Part shown: positions 1 through 10,928 of the stretch, in pieces
Layout: each line of letters opens with the position of its first letter
Numbering within the stretch: position 1 is the first letter of the stretch
Assembly (NCBI GenBank): GCA_963840935.1
Contig: CAWJAS010000002.1
Coordinates: 7,333 to 71,332, forward strand
Length of the DNA stretch: 64,000 nucleotides
From: Candidatus Magasanikiibacteriota bacterium
Lineage (GTDB): Bacteria > Patescibacteriota > Patescibacteriia > Magasanikbacterales > GWA2-37-8
Direction of reading: 5' to 3'
Position numbers and translations under genes: made by a program
Notes under the pieces: generated by a model
Databases searched by the model: none
What the model saw: the letters and a program-made list of their open reading frames with translations, nothing else
What the model was told of the DNA's origin: nothing

Positions 1-608
1 ATCACCAGCCTCAGCGAAGCGAACTACGAGGGTGATGATTGTGCTGGCAACGCTGATGTCGCGCTTCCGCGACGTCGCGCGCGTCACGCTGTTGTCAAAC
101 GATTCTGATCTACTGCAGTTTGTATCACCAGCGGTCTCGGTGGCGACCTATGTTGGCGTTGGGAAAGGTCCCGGCGGTATGCGCATCAAGCCGTGGACAG
201 CCGACGACGTGAAAACACGCTTTGGTGTGCACCCTGACAATCTCTCGTCGTTCAAAGCGCTGTGCGGCGAAGAGGGCGACGACATTCCAGGCGTCAGGAT
301 ATCGGCAAAGGCACACTGTGAAGTTGCTGCGTCGCTGGCAAACATTGGAGAAGGCACTGGAAGCCAGCGAGTTTGTCAGTCATCGCGATGAAACGGCCAA
401 GCTCGCTGGGCAGCATGAGCATGTGCGACTGATGATGCAGCTCACCACTATTCGCCAAGACGCACCGATTCCTGTGTTCCCACTGGCGCAGTGCGCCGTC
501 AGCAACGTGCGATGGCCGGACGGGTCGGTGGCGCGTGGCGCATCAACACCGGGACAACAGTCGCACGCCGGGCCGGGGTTGGATGAGGTTCCATTCCCCG
601 AGTACTAA
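1..608 (+). pseudogene. 5'-3' exonuclease (DNA Pol I N-terminal/FEN-like) fragment, enters from upstream, interrupted by a frameshift near 295
   Basis: frame of ORF 32..391 gives ...FGVHPDNLSSFKALCGEEGDDIPGV, matching the Pol I 5'-exo motif (GD.sDNiPGV); the expected continuation GIG..TVKLL..LEKAL...LTTIRQDAPIP is in another frame (ORF 222..608); ~65% GC. Confidence 0.45.
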
Positions 609-708
609 GCCCTTCACGCTGCGTAAAAGGTCGGGCGCCAGCCGAGTCGCTCGCGTTGCTGTATACTAGGGCGTCGTTGAAACGCCGCCAGAGCGACGGC
701 GGAACCAA

Positions 709-1325
709 ATGTCCGTGGTCCGTCTATCTTCGCCATGCAGGCCCCGGCAACCGACACCTCCTTCGAACAGCGCGCTTCTTGCGTGCCTCCCGCATATTGC
801 CACCTTCGCGCTGTCGCTCACGCGCGAAACGGCCAGCGCGGACGACCTCGTTCAGGAAACGTTCCTTCGCGCGTTCCGCGCGCGGGAGACGTTCCGTCCC
901 GAGCTCGACATGCGGCGGTGGCTGTTCACGATCTGCAAGAACGTGTTTCTGCGCGAACAGGAGCGCGCGCAGCGTGAGCCGCTCGCGCTGGACGCCGAGG
1001 AGCCCACGGATGAAACCATGGGTGCCATTCGGCTACACATCGAGATCCGCGCTGCAGGCGAAAGCGTCATGTTCGACCATGCGGGACCTGGGCGATGCCC
1101 TCCGCAACGCGTTGCGTGCACTGCCAGAGACCATGCGCGTGGTGGTGGTGCTCGTCGACCAATTGGACTACGACTACGCCGACGCAGCCGCTCTGCTTGG
1201 AATCCCCGATCGGCACGGTCCGTTCACGACTTTTTCGGGCGCGCCGATTACTGCAGCGGTCGCTGATCCATCACGGACACGACGCAGGATTTACCGCATC
1301 CTTTGACCCGCGAGGTACCACCTAA
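709..1325 (+). pseudogene. ECF-type RNA polymerase sigma factor with at least two frameshifts
   Basis: sigma-70 region 2 (DDLVQETFLRAFRARETFRPE...WLFTICKNVFLRE) in frame of 709; region 4 (LPETMRVVVVLVDQLDYDYADAAALLGIP) in frame of ORF 656..1306; its end (IGTVRSRLFRARRLLQRSL) in frame of ORF 1095..1325. Confidence 0.5.
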
Positions 1326-1337
1326 TGTCTTCCTCGT

Positions 1338-1634
1338 TTGTGGACGCATCGCCCCATCGCACCGCTCGACTGTGAACAAACGGCGCGATGGCTGTGGGAT
1401 CATCTTGATGCTGAGCTTACGCCTGCGCAACATGCGGCCGTTGAGCAGCACCTCGCACGATGCCCCGAGTGCACGGCACACTTCGTGTTTGAAGAGCGTT
1501 TTCTTCGCGCGCTTGGGGTGTCGCTCACCATCGATGATGCTGTCGCCGGTCCGTTCGTCCAACATGCGTATGCGAGGGTCACGCAGTCGCTGCAATCCGC
1601 CGGCGTACTGCCAGCCACCTTCGAACACCCATGA
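1338..1634 (+). CDS. anti-sigma factor, zf-HC2 (ChrR-like) domain
   Basis: LDCEQTARWLWDHLDAEL...VEQHLARCPEC matches the HxxxCxxC putative zinc finger of anti-sigma factors; directly downstream of the ECF sigma gene. Confidence 0.5.
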   Translation: MWTHRPIAPLDCEQTARWLWDHLDAELTPAQHAAVEQHLARCPECTAHFVFEERFLRALGVSLTIDDAVAGPFVQHAYARVTQSLQSAGVLPATFEHP

Positions 1635-1907
1635 CAGCGCACGCCAAAACGCCGACTCGGCATCATTGGATTGTACGCAGTCACCCACTGGGTGAACGCG
1701 GTGGCCTTTACGATCATGGTCGGCAGTGGGTTGCGGATCTTTAACGCGTATCCGGCCTTTGCTCGAAAAGGAGAGACTTTCTGCTGTTATCCGTTTGAGG
1801 GACTTCGTATCCCCTCATGGCTCACCTTTGGTGCATGGCTGGGTGGCGCGCGCCATTGGCACTTCGCCATGATGTGGGTCCTCGTCGTCACGGGCCTCGT
1901 GTATCTA
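1631..1907 (+). pseudogene. cytochrome b561 / Ni-hydrogenase b-type cytochrome-like N-terminal fragment, truncated at the junction with the 16S gene; probable frameshift near 1650
   Basis: VTHWVNAVAFTIMVGSGLRIF and ARHWHFAMMWVLVVTGLVYLL resemble the HW...A....L.TG helices of PF01292-type cytochromes; ATG at 1631 is in a different frame from the conserved part; the track ORF only stays open into 1908-1955 by chance. Confidence 0.3.
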
Positions 1908-3190
<1,283 letters not shown>

Positions 3191-3625
3191 AGATATTTGA
3201 TTTTATTTTTTGACGCCTAAGCGCCAAAAAAGAATTTGTATTTTTTGTTTTTAGGAATAAACGATTATCTATGAACAAACCGAAATTTGTTCATGTGGTT
3301 TTTGTCACATTTATATTGTCAACGATCGTTCTTTTCGCTTTCACAATCGCGTACTCATACGATTCTTCGTATTTTTCGAGTTTGAATAAACTCGCGCGGA
3401 AAGAAAAAAGAGGAAGCCAAACTGACTTACTCTTTTCTCCTTCCAGTTTCCTCTTTTCGCAAAAATCAACGAGGACTTAGAAAAATATTTGATTTATTAA
3501 AGATGAAATTTTTGTCAGTATTTTTTTAGCTTGTTAAGCTTACCTCAAAGGCAAAATTTTGTCAAGAGCTAGCCAATATTTTCTTTTTGGATAAACTGTG
3601 GATAAATTCCAAACAATAATTTGGC

Positions 3626-4351
3626 TTATTTTACACGTTTTTTACGCCATTCCGCGATTTTTGCATGGTCTCCTTCAAGTAAAACCTTTGGAACTTTAAA
3701 GCCCATAAAATTTTCCGGACGAGTGTAAATAGGGTATTTGCCAGAAATTTTAGACTTGTCGTTCGCTAGCGACAGATTAGATTTTAATCCGCCGGCTGAC
3801 GGATTGATTTTAGATCGACTGTGAGTTTCGCCAATCAATGATTCTTCATTGCCCAATACTCCGGGCACCAATCGACTAACGGCTTCTACAATCGTGAGCG
3901 CCGGCAATTCACCACCGGACAAAACATAATCGCCGACAGATATTTTTTCATCCGCTAATTTATAGACACGTTCATCAAATCCTTCATATCTTCCGCAAAT
4001 TAAAATAATTCTTTCCAACTTGGAAAATTTTTCAGCCATACGCTGGTCAAATTTTTTTCCGGCCGGATCCATAATGATAATTCTTGTTTTTCTGTTTTTT
4101 CCTTTCCGGGCTTTGATTGCCTTAAGACAATCGTAAATCGGCTGAACTTGCAGAATCATACCGGCTCCCCCACCATACGGCCTATCATCAACGTGACGCT
4201 GTTTGTCTTTGGTTAAATCACGAAAATTATGAGCCAAAATATTAACCAAGCCGGCTTTTTGGGCCCGCTTCAAGATACTTTCCGAAGCATAGTCATAAAC
4301 AATGTCCGGAAAAAGAGTCAAAATATCAAATTTTATTTTTGGCCTCTTCAT
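3626..4351 (-). CDS. trmD: tRNA (guanine37-N1)-methyltransferase TrmD
   Basis: MKRPKIKFDILTLFPD...PYGGGAGMILQVQPIYDCL...RIILICGRYEGFDERV...VLSGGELPALTIVEAVSRLVPGVLG; start placed at internal ATG 4351 (the track ORF extends upstream to 4654). Confidence 0.9.
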   Translation of the reverse strand: MKRPKIKFDILTLFPDIVYDYASESILKRAQKAGLVNILAHNFRDLTKDKQRHVDDRPYGGGAGMILQVQPIYDCLKAIKARKGKNRKTRIIIMDPAGKKFDQRMAEKFSKLERIILICGRYEGFDERVYKLADEKISVGDYVLSGGELPALTIVEAVSRLVPGVLGNEESLIGETHSRSKINPSAGGLKSNLSLANDKSKISGKYPIYTRPENFMGFKVPKVLLEGDHAKIAEWRKKRVK

Positions 4352-4656
4352 ATTGACAAATTCTTGATTATGGTATAGGGTTAAGGTTAGCGGTAACTGG
4401 GCAAAATCCGCTCCCATCTGCAAGTAGTAGCGAAAGCGAAACGGCCGGATGGTTCTCTCAGATCGACCAAGGATTGACCTGACAAGCCCCAAACAGCCAC
4501 GTTCCTTTTGCCCAGCCATCGGCGTGCAAGCATATATTACGGCGAAGAAGAGTTCCCCCTCCTTTCTCTTCAATCGTAGTATCAAATGCTTGGCGCTGAT
4601 GGCTTCTTTTTTTATAAAAAAATAATCCCGCCAACATTTAGCTGACGGGATCAATT

Positions 4657-4971
4657 TTAGATATCCAAGTTATCAACTGCGCTGGTGTCAACCGCTTCTT
4701 CTCTGGCAGTGCTTCTGCCACGGCCACCTTCAGGTTCGTTAATTTTCAAATTAACGCGGGCGTTGTTCTTCGCTCCGACAATTTTGAGCAAAGTTCTGAT
4801 AGCCCTTGCGGTTTGACCGCTTCTTCCGATCACATAACCCATATCGCTCGGATTAACGTCAAGCGTGAGAAGTACTCCGCGCTCGTCAATCATGCGTTCT
4901 ACCTTCACATCGTTCGGATTGTTTACAATCGCTTTAACGACGGATTCCAAGAATTGCTGATCGCTATTCAT
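4657..4971 (-). CDS. KH-domain RNA-binding protein (YlqC/UPF0109 family) with acidic C-terminal tail
   Basis: VKAIVNNPNDVKVERMIDERGVLLTLDVNPSDMGYVIGRSGQTARAIRTLLKIVGAK; sits between rpsP and trmD as in the conserved rpsP-KH-rimM-trmD cluster; alternative upstream start at 5031. Confidence 0.7.
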   Translation of the reverse strand: MNSDQQFLESVVKAIVNNPNDVKVERMIDERGVLLTLDVNPSDMGYVIGRSGQTARAIRTLLKIVGAKNNARVNLKINEPEGGRGRSTAREEAVDTSAVDNLDI

Positions 4972-5103
4972 AATTAACAACTTAATTTTAAACGAACGAG
5001 ACAATTTGTCGACATGCGGTTTCCCGCCCAAATCATCTTCATTCTTAATATGTATATTATACCATTTTTTCGACTTTCAGTCAAGATCTTTCGCGCCGTT
5101 CAA

Positions 5104-5628
5104 TTAAACGGTCTCTTCACTAACCGCTTCAGGCTTTTTTTCTTCGGTGGCAACCGGCGTTTCCACAACCGTTTCCGGCGTTGTTTCCACAACCGTTTCG
5201 GCCGGTGAAGATACTTCCGCTTTTACTTCGGATTCTGCCGGAACCTCAGCGGGCTCTTCAACAGCAACCTCGACCGGCGGAGTTTGTTCGGCTTGCTTTT
5301 TGGCGTCAGCTTCTGCTTTTTGTTTTGTCTCTTCTTCCAATTTGGCTTTTCTTTTTTTAGACAAATAAACAGACTTCTTTTTTTTGCCTTCGATAATTCT
5401 GGCTGAAATCAATAAATTATTGACGGTTTCCGACAACTGAGCGCCTTTGGAAATCCAATATTTTATTCTATCGACTTTGGCCGACAATTGTTTTCCTTTG
5501 GAATGCGGGTCATAACTTCCAAGTTCTTCCAAACTTGTGCCCCAAGTATCTTTGGTTTTTTCGGAAATAATAAAACGATAGGTGGGCAATTTCTTTTTTC
5601 CTATTCTTTTTAATCTGATAGTTAACAT
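5104..5628 (-). CDS. rpsP: 30S ribosomal protein S16 with ~90-aa low-complexity (E/K/A/T/V/P) C-terminal extension
   Basis: MLTIRLKRIGKKKLPTYRFIISEKTKDTWGTSLEELGSYDPH...AKVDRIKYWISKGAQLSETV. Confidence 0.9.
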   Translation of the reverse strand: MLTIRLKRIGKKKLPTYRFIISEKTKDTWGTSLEELGSYDPHSKGKQLSAKVDRIKYWISKGAQLSETVNNLLISARIIEGKKKKSVYLSKKRKAKLEEETKQKAEADAKKQAEQTPPVEVAVEEPAEVPAESEVKAEVSSPAETVVETTPETVVETPVATEEKKPEAVSEETV

Positions 5629-5738
5629 AAAATATATTCAAAAATCAAAATCCGCCAGCTGGCGGTAAAAGTCAAAATTAATAAATTATGACTTTTTTCA
5701 TTTTGACGGGTTGGGCTTAAGGCCCAGAGAGCTTGATT

Positions 5739-5767
5739 AATATACATTAAAATAATATTGCTGTCAA
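5739..5767 (-). promoter_or_regulatory. sigma-70-like promoter for rpsP (TTGACA-17-TATATT on minus strand)
   Basis: minus strand reads TTGACAgcaatattattttaatgTATATT, ~105 nt upstream of the rpsP start. Confidence 0.4.
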
Positions 5768-5781
5768 CACCGCCCGTAGCC

Positions 5782-8700
5782 TCATTCTTGATTCGGCACA
5801 TCATCAATTTTAACGCTCAATAGCTTCGAAATTCCATCCGAGGCCATGGCCACTCCATAAAGCGCGTCAACTGCGTGCATCGTCACTCGATTATGAGTAA
5901 TCAAAATAAATTGAGCGTGCTTGGATAATTCGGAAATAATTTTGGTAAAACGAATTGTATTTGCTTCATCAAGAGCGGCTTCGACCTCGTCAAGCACCAC
6001 AAAAGGCGAAGGATTATAATTCAAAACAGCACAAATTAAAGCAATGGAGGTGAGAGTGCGCTCCCCTCCAGACAAAGAATTCAAACTTTTTATTTTTTTA
6101 CCCGGCGGATTGGCGGTCACTTCAATACCCATCAAAATCTTTTCTTTTTTATTTTTTAATCGAGTATTTTCCGCAGAAATAATTTGTTCTTGATTTTCAA
6201 AATCAATATTTTCGCCAACATTTTCCGGCACTTCTTCCTCGTACACTTCAACCAAATCCGCATTACCCCCTTCAAATAAAATATTAAAAAATCTGTTAAA
6301 TTCTTTGCGTATATTTCTAAAAGCGACCACTCGTTTTGATTTCATCAAATCATCAAGTTCAGCGGACATTTTGGTCAAATCGGCTGTCGCCTGACGCAAG
6401 TCAGTCAACTGATTAAACAAGAAGTTGAATCTTTCTTTGGTGGTTTCGTATTCGCTTATCACTTCTTCGTCAATGCCTCCGATTAAATTCAATTGGTATT
6501 TTAATTTTTGAATTTCTAGCGCCAATTTTTCATAATCTTCAACTTCCAAAATATCCTGGCGCCGGCCAATAATTGATTCCAAAGAAATATTCATGTCATT
6601 TCTCACTTCTTCATTCAGCGATTCCGCTCTGGTTTCAAGCCGAGCCAAAGCCACCCTCAGGTCATTGCGAACCGTGGCAATGCCGTTCAAATCGTTTTGT
6701 TTAATTTGCATTTGTTCTTGAAGAGAAAAAACATGTTGTTTCTTTTGTTCCTCGCGTTCATTAAAATCCCTCATTTCATTTTCGATTTTTTGGACTATGG
6801 CGACTTTGGCGTTCATCTCGGCCATCAATCTTTCTTTCTCGCGATTTAATTCCGATAATTTTATTCCATACTCTTCAGGGCTCATTTCCACAAACGATAA
6901 TTCGCGTTCAATTTGCGCCAACTCTTTGTCCAAATTTTGTTTTTCGGTTTCAACAAGCGCCCGTTTGGCAACATTTAACTCGCGCTTAACCTCCAAATCA
7001 GACAATTCTTTTTTGGATTGTTCAAGCATTTGTTCAATATCCAAAAGATTTTGCTGTTCCAGAGCAAGAGAACGTTGGCATTCTTTGATTCTATCTTCCG
7101 CCCCCATCATTATTTTTGTGGCAAAACTGATTGAACCAAAACGGTCTTTCCGCCACCCTCCTTTCATCACACCTCGCTTTTCAATCAAATCACCATTCAA
7201 GGTGACCATGCGCGCCCGACCAATGCCGATTAACTGGGCGGTTTTCATATCTTTCACCACCAATGTATTGCCAAGAACAAATTGAAAAATATTTTCAAAT
7301 TTTGAATCAAATTTTATCAAATCAACCGCCTTGCCGACAACACCCGGCTCGTTTACTAATTCGTTTAAAACCGCGTCTTCCTGCCTGGCGGTAATTTTGT
7401 TAATCGGTAAAAATGTGGCCACACCCAATTTGTTTTCTCGCAAATAATCAATCGCTCGCTTGGCAATATCATCCGTTTCCACCACCACCGAAGAAAGATT
7501 GCCTCCGGCAGCCACATCAAGAGCCAGCCGATTTACTTCGTCGGTCTCACCAAGCTCGGCGACAACACCGAATATTTTTCCAATTTGAGATTTGTTATTC
7601 AACACCGCTTTTATGGCCGTAAGCCCGGAAACCTGCAAAAAATTCTGCTCTGATTGGCCTTCAATCATCTCGCTCTGTAATCGAGATATCTTGACCATTC
7701 TTTCGGACTTTTCCGCCAAGCGATCCTCAATTTTCTTTTTTTGCTTCCATATTTCCTCACTCACGGAATCTTCTATCGAAGACAACCCCGCCACTTCACC
7801 TCCGATTTTTTCTTTTTGAAAACTTAACTCATTTGCTTTGTTTTGAAGCCAAGTAATATTTTGTTTACCTTCACGACCATATTCCGCGTGCATCTGCCCT
7901 TCGATAATGGCAATCTGGCGCTCCATTTCATTTTTTATTCGAACCGCTTCTTCATGTTTTTTTTGCAATTCGGAAAAAACTTCCTGCCTGCTGGCGCTAC
8001 GAGCGAATTCCGCCAATTCGGTCTGAATAATATTTAGCTCCTTAAAAATCAAAGCGTGTTTTTCATCAATTGATTTTAATTGGTCTTTTGTGGCATCCAA
8101 TTCTTTTTTATTTTTTAAATACTGGGAAGAATAAAATTTTTCTTGAGCATCGCGCAATTCCATTTCCACCACTTGCCGTTTTTCCAGTTTACGCACTTGT
8201 TTTTGCAAAAGCTTCAATCGCGGTTCAACTTCTTGAATTAACCGCTCCGCTTGAGTCATGTTATCCGTAGTGCGGGCTAATTTTAATTCAGCCTGATGCC
8301 TTTTGATTTTGAATTCTTTAATACCGGCCGCTTCATCCAAAAAATCTTTTCTTTCGGCCGGACTCAACAAAAGCATTTTATCAATCATCCCCTGACCAAC
8401 AATGCCGTATGAACCCTCGGCAAACTGCGCTTGCGCCAAAACCAAATGTATATCGAATAACCTGACATTATTATTGTTGATCAAATATTCGCTTTCACCC
8501 GAACGATACAGCCGGCGAGTAATGGCAATTTCCGGATAATCTTTCAAAACACGGCCATCGGAATTATCAATAATCATCGAGACCTCAGCCATGCCAAGTT
8601 GGCTTTTTGTTTCAGACCCGGAAAAAATCACGTCTTCGCTTTTTTTACCGCGCACCGCTTTCAAACTCTGTTCACCCATTACCCATCGAATCGCGTCCAC

Positions 8701-8838
8701 AATATTTGATTTACCGGCTCCATTCGGACCAACAATGGCGGTAACGCTAAAACGACCGTCTTTCGGCGGCATAAAATCAATGGTTGTTTTATTTGCAAAG
8801 GATTTGAATCCTTGAATTTCTAATCTTTTGAGATACAT
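5782..8838 (-). CDS. smc: chromosome segregation protein SMC (compact, 1,018 aa)
   Basis: N-terminal Walker A GPNGAGKSNIVDAIRWVMGEQS; long coiled coils; C-terminal signature LSGGERTLTSIALICAV...VVLDEVEAALDEAN. Confidence 0.9.
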   Translation of the reverse strand: MYLKRLEIQGFKSFANKTTIDFMPPKDGRFSVTAIVGPNGAGKSNIVDAIRWVMGEQSLKAVRGKKSEDVIFSGSETKSQLGMAEVSMIIDNSDGRVLKDYPEIAITRRLYRSGESEYLINNNNVRLFDIHLVLAQAQFAEGSYGIVGQGMIDKMLLLSPAERKDFLDEAAGIKEFKIKRHQAELKLARTTDNMTQAERLIQEVEPRLKLLQKQVRKLEKRQVVEMELRDAQEKFYSSQYLKNKKELDATKDQLKSIDEKHALIFKELNIIQTELAEFARSASRQEVFSELQKKHEEAVRIKNEMERQIAIIEGQMHAEYGREGKQNITWLQNKANELSFQKEKIGGEVAGLSSIEDSVSEEIWKQKKKIEDRLAEKSERMVKISRLQSEMIEGQSEQNFLQVSGLTAIKAVLNNKSQIGKIFGVVAELGETDEVNRLALDVAAGGNLSSVVVETDDIAKRAIDYLRENKLGVATFLPINKITARQEDAVLNELVNEPGVVGKAVDLIKFDSKFENIFQFVLGNTLVVKDMKTAQLIGIGRARMVTLNGDLIEKRGVMKGGWRKDRFGSISFATKIMMGAEDRIKECQRSLALEQQNLLDIEQMLEQSKKELSDLEVKRELNVAKRALVETEKQNLDKELAQIERELSFVEMSPEEYGIKLSELNREKERLMAEMNAKVAIVQKIENEMRDFNEREEQKKQHVFSLQEQMQIKQNDLNGIATVRNDLRVALARLETRAESLNEEVRNDMNISLESIIGRRQDILEVEDYEKLALEIQKLKYQLNLIGGIDEEVISEYETTKERFNFLFNQLTDLRQATADLTKMSAELDDLMKSKRVVAFRNIRKEFNRFFNILFEGGNADLVEVYEEEVPENVGENIDFENQEQIISAENTRLKNKKEKILMGIEVTANPPGKKIKSLNSLSGGERTLTSIALICAVLNYNPSPFVVLDEVEAALDEANTIRFTKIISELSKHAQFILITHNRVTMHAVDALYGVAMASDGISKLLSVKIDDVPNQE

Positions 8839-8916
8839 AACTGTATGCAGGCATTATTTTACCATATTTTACCTATTGCTCGCAAACTGTGAAAAGCGCC
8901 GATAAAAACCATGCCC

Positions 8917-8945
8917 TTGACGTGAATCGCAAATCAATATATAAT
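8917..8945 (+). promoter_or_regulatory. sigma-70-like promoter for nrnA (TTGACG-17-TATAAT)
   Basis: TTGACGtgaatcgcaaatcaataTATAAT, ~20 nt before the ATG at 8965. Confidence 0.4.
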
Positions 8946-8964
8946 CATCTGTTAAAACACCAAT

Positions 8965-9945
8965 ATGCTAAATGAAGCCAAAGCAATAGAAAGACAATTC
9001 AAAAACGCCAAAGGCATTGTTATTGTCCCCCATCCTCATCCTGATGGGGATGCTTTTGGTTCGGCGTCTGCGATAAGTGAATATTTGGCGCGCTTTGGAC
9101 ACACCCCGATTGTGTACTGTTCCACCCCGATCAACCAGCGTCTGACCAATTTGCCAAATACACCGGAAATAACCGACGACCCAAATATATTTACAGCTGA
9201 ACATATCGATACGATATTGGTTTTGGATTCAAGCGATTTGCGCTACGCCGGAATCGCGGAAATAGTCAAAATAATCGGACAAAAAAACAACGCGCCGATT
9301 ATTATTAATATCGACCATCACAACACCAATGAACATTACGGTCAATTTAACATGGTTGATGTGAATGCTTCGGCCACAACGGAAGTAATTTACAGATTTT
9401 TTGAATACAACAGACAAAAAATTTCACCGCACATGGCGACCAATCTGCTTACCGGATTAATCACCGATACCGATAATTTTTCCAACTCAGGCACCACCCC
9501 TTCGGCTTTGGGTATTGCCGGCGAACTCGTCCGGCTTGGCGCGAATTATAATTTAATAAATTATTTTACTCAAAAAGACAAAACCATCGGCCTTTTGAAA
9601 CTTTATGGCACCGCTTTGCTTCGACTTACAAAAAATGAAGAAAAAAATATGGCTTACACATATTTAAAAAAAGCTGATTTTGAAAATAACAATATTGGTG
9701 AAAATGAGGGCGATGGTTTGGCCAATTTTATGAACAATATCGACGAAGCAAAAATAATGTTAATTCTTAAAGAAACTTCTGATAATCGAGTTAAGGGAAG
9801 TTTTAGGACCACTGACGATAATATTGACGTGTCTGCATGGGCTAAAAAACTTGGCGGTGGAGGGCACAAAAAAGCCGCCGGATTCACAGTTGAAGGAACG
9901 GCCGAAGAAATCATAGAAAGAATTTTGACGATGGATAATAAATAA
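8965..9945 (+). CDS. nrnA: DHH/DHHA1 phosphoesterase (NrnA-like oligoribonuclease / pAp phosphatase)
   Basis: VIVPHPHPDGDAFGSASA, IDHHNTNEHYG (DHH motif), GGGGHKKAAGF (DHHA1 motif). Confidence 0.85.
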   Translation: MLNEAKAIERQFKNAKGIVIVPHPHPDGDAFGSASAISEYLARFGHTPIVYCSTPINQRLTNLPNTPEITDDPNIFTAEHIDTILVLDSSDLRYAGIAEIVKIIGQKNNAPIIINIDHHNTNEHYGQFNMVDVNASATTEVIYRFFEYNRQKISPHMATNLLTGLITDTDNFSNSGTTPSALGIAGELVRLGANYNLINYFTQKDKTIGLLKLYGTALLRLTKNEEKNMAYTYLKKADFENNNIGENEGDGLANFMNNIDEAKIMLILKETSDNRVKGSFRTTDDNIDVSAWAKKLGGGGHKKAAGFTVEGTAEEIIERILTMDNK

Positions 9946-9968
9946 GATATAATTAGAATTATCAAATT

Positions 9969-10580
9969 TTGTTAAAAAATATGACTTTAAAAAATCCAAC
10001 TGCGCAACACCTTATACCTATCGTGGTTGAAAAATCCCCATACGGCGAACGCTCTTATGATATTTATTCGCGTTTGCTTCAAGACAGAATTATTTTTTTG
10101 GGCGGACCGATTGATGATGCTTCGGCAAACACAATAATCGCTCAAATGCTGTTTCTAGATAATCAAAGTTCCGACAAAGACATAAAATTATATGTTAATT
10201 CACCGGGCGGGTCGGTCACAGCCGGCATGGCAATTTACGACACCATGCAATTTGTAAAATCCGATGTCTCCACAATTTGCATCGGCATGGCAGCGAGCAT
10301 GGGCGCGGTACTTTTGGCTTCCGGCGCCAAGGGCAAAAGGTTTGCTCTGCCAAATTCTGAAATCATGATTCACCAAGTAATGGGCGGTATGGAAGGCCAA
10401 GCGAGCGACATAAAAATCCACGCTGAACGAATAATCAAAATGAAAGACCGATTAAACAAAATTATTGCCAAGCATACGGGCGTACCGATCGATAAAGTTG
10501 ATAAAGACACAGATCGTGATAATTTTATGTCCGCTTTGGAAGCAAAAAAATATAATATCGTGGATAAAATCCTCGATTAG
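9969..10580 (+). CDS. clpP: ATP-dependent Clp protease proteolytic subunit ClpP
   Basis: [24 protein letters not shown]...[21 protein letters not shown]...[31 protein letters not shown]. Confidence 0.95.
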   Translation: MLKNMTLKNPTAQHLIPIVVEKSPYGERSYDIYSRLLQDRIIFLGGPIDDASANTIIAQMLFLDNQSSDKDIKLYVNSPGGSVTAGMAIYDTMQFVKSDVSTICIGMAASMGAVLLASGAKGKRFALPNSEIMIHQVMGGMEGQASDIKIHAERIIKMKDRLNKIIAKHTGVPIDKVDKDTDRDNFMSALEAKKYNIVDKILD

Positions 10581-10605
10581 GCAATTAATCCAAATATTAA
10601 ACGTA

Positions 10606-10635
10606 AAAATCGCTAAGATTAGCGATTTTTTTGTA
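10606..10635 (+). terminator. rho-independent terminator after clpP
   Basis: aaaatcgct-aagatt-agcgatttt followed by a T run. Confidence 0.5.
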
Positions 10636-10652
10636 TTTCTTGGGCCTTACTA

Positions 10653-10681
10653 TTGACAAAAAGGTAAAAATGTGATATACT
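10653..10681 (+). promoter_or_regulatory. strong sigma-70 promoter with extended -10 (TTGACA-17-TGaTATACT) driving a non-coding transcript
   Basis: cTATTGACAaaaaggtaaaaaTGTGaTATACT; nearly the same motif recurs at 35914. Confidence 0.5.
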
Positions 10682-10687
10682 AATAAG

Positions 10688-10916
10688 TTCCATAAAAATT
10701 CTAGCTTGGAGTGCGGAAGAGTGGCCGTAAGAGAGAGGCGGTTACACTTCCGTATTCACACAAGCATGGGGATGTGTTAATGGCAAGTACAGGCTACGGC
10801 TCGTCTTCGCCCTTATCACATCTTCTTGAATACGGAAAACCCAAGGGGGGCAATATTCCCCCTAGAAAACAATACTCCCCGCGTACGCCTTTGGCAACGC
10901 GGGGAGTTTATTTTTA
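10688..10916 (+). ncRNA. candidate ~230-nt structured ncRNA (unknown family) with its own promoter and intrinsic terminator
   Basis: no plausible CDS; higher GC than surroundings; 5' UUCUAGCUUGG pairs with 3' CCAAGG...CUAGAA; internal hairpins (GGGGGCAAUAUUCCCCC, CGGAAG...CUUCCG); ends in ccccgcgtacgcctttggcaacgcgggg plus U tract. Confidence 0.4.
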
Positions 10917-10928
10917 TTCAAAAAATTA

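Noticed and set aside
3271-3480. 69-aa plus-strand ORF between the 16S 5' end and trmD
   Set aside because: AT-rich low-complexity sequence in the rRNA promoter/leader region between two minus-strand genes; no RBS or homology signal; likely non-coding.
4380-4600. SRP RNA / RNase P RNA / tmRNA in the GC-enriched spacer upstream of trmD
   Set aside because: No GGAA tetraloop plus AGCAGC pairing (SRP), no P4 GGAAAGUCCGGGCUCC / ACAGAAnCCGGCUUA (RNase P), and no GGGG...CCACCA tRNA-like ends (tmRNA) were found.
3626-4654. 342-aa track ORF treated as full-length TrmD
   Set aside because: TrmD homology begins at MKRPKIKFDILTLFPD (ATG 4351). The upstream 101 codons have no TrmD or RimM similarity and are discussed separately as a finding.
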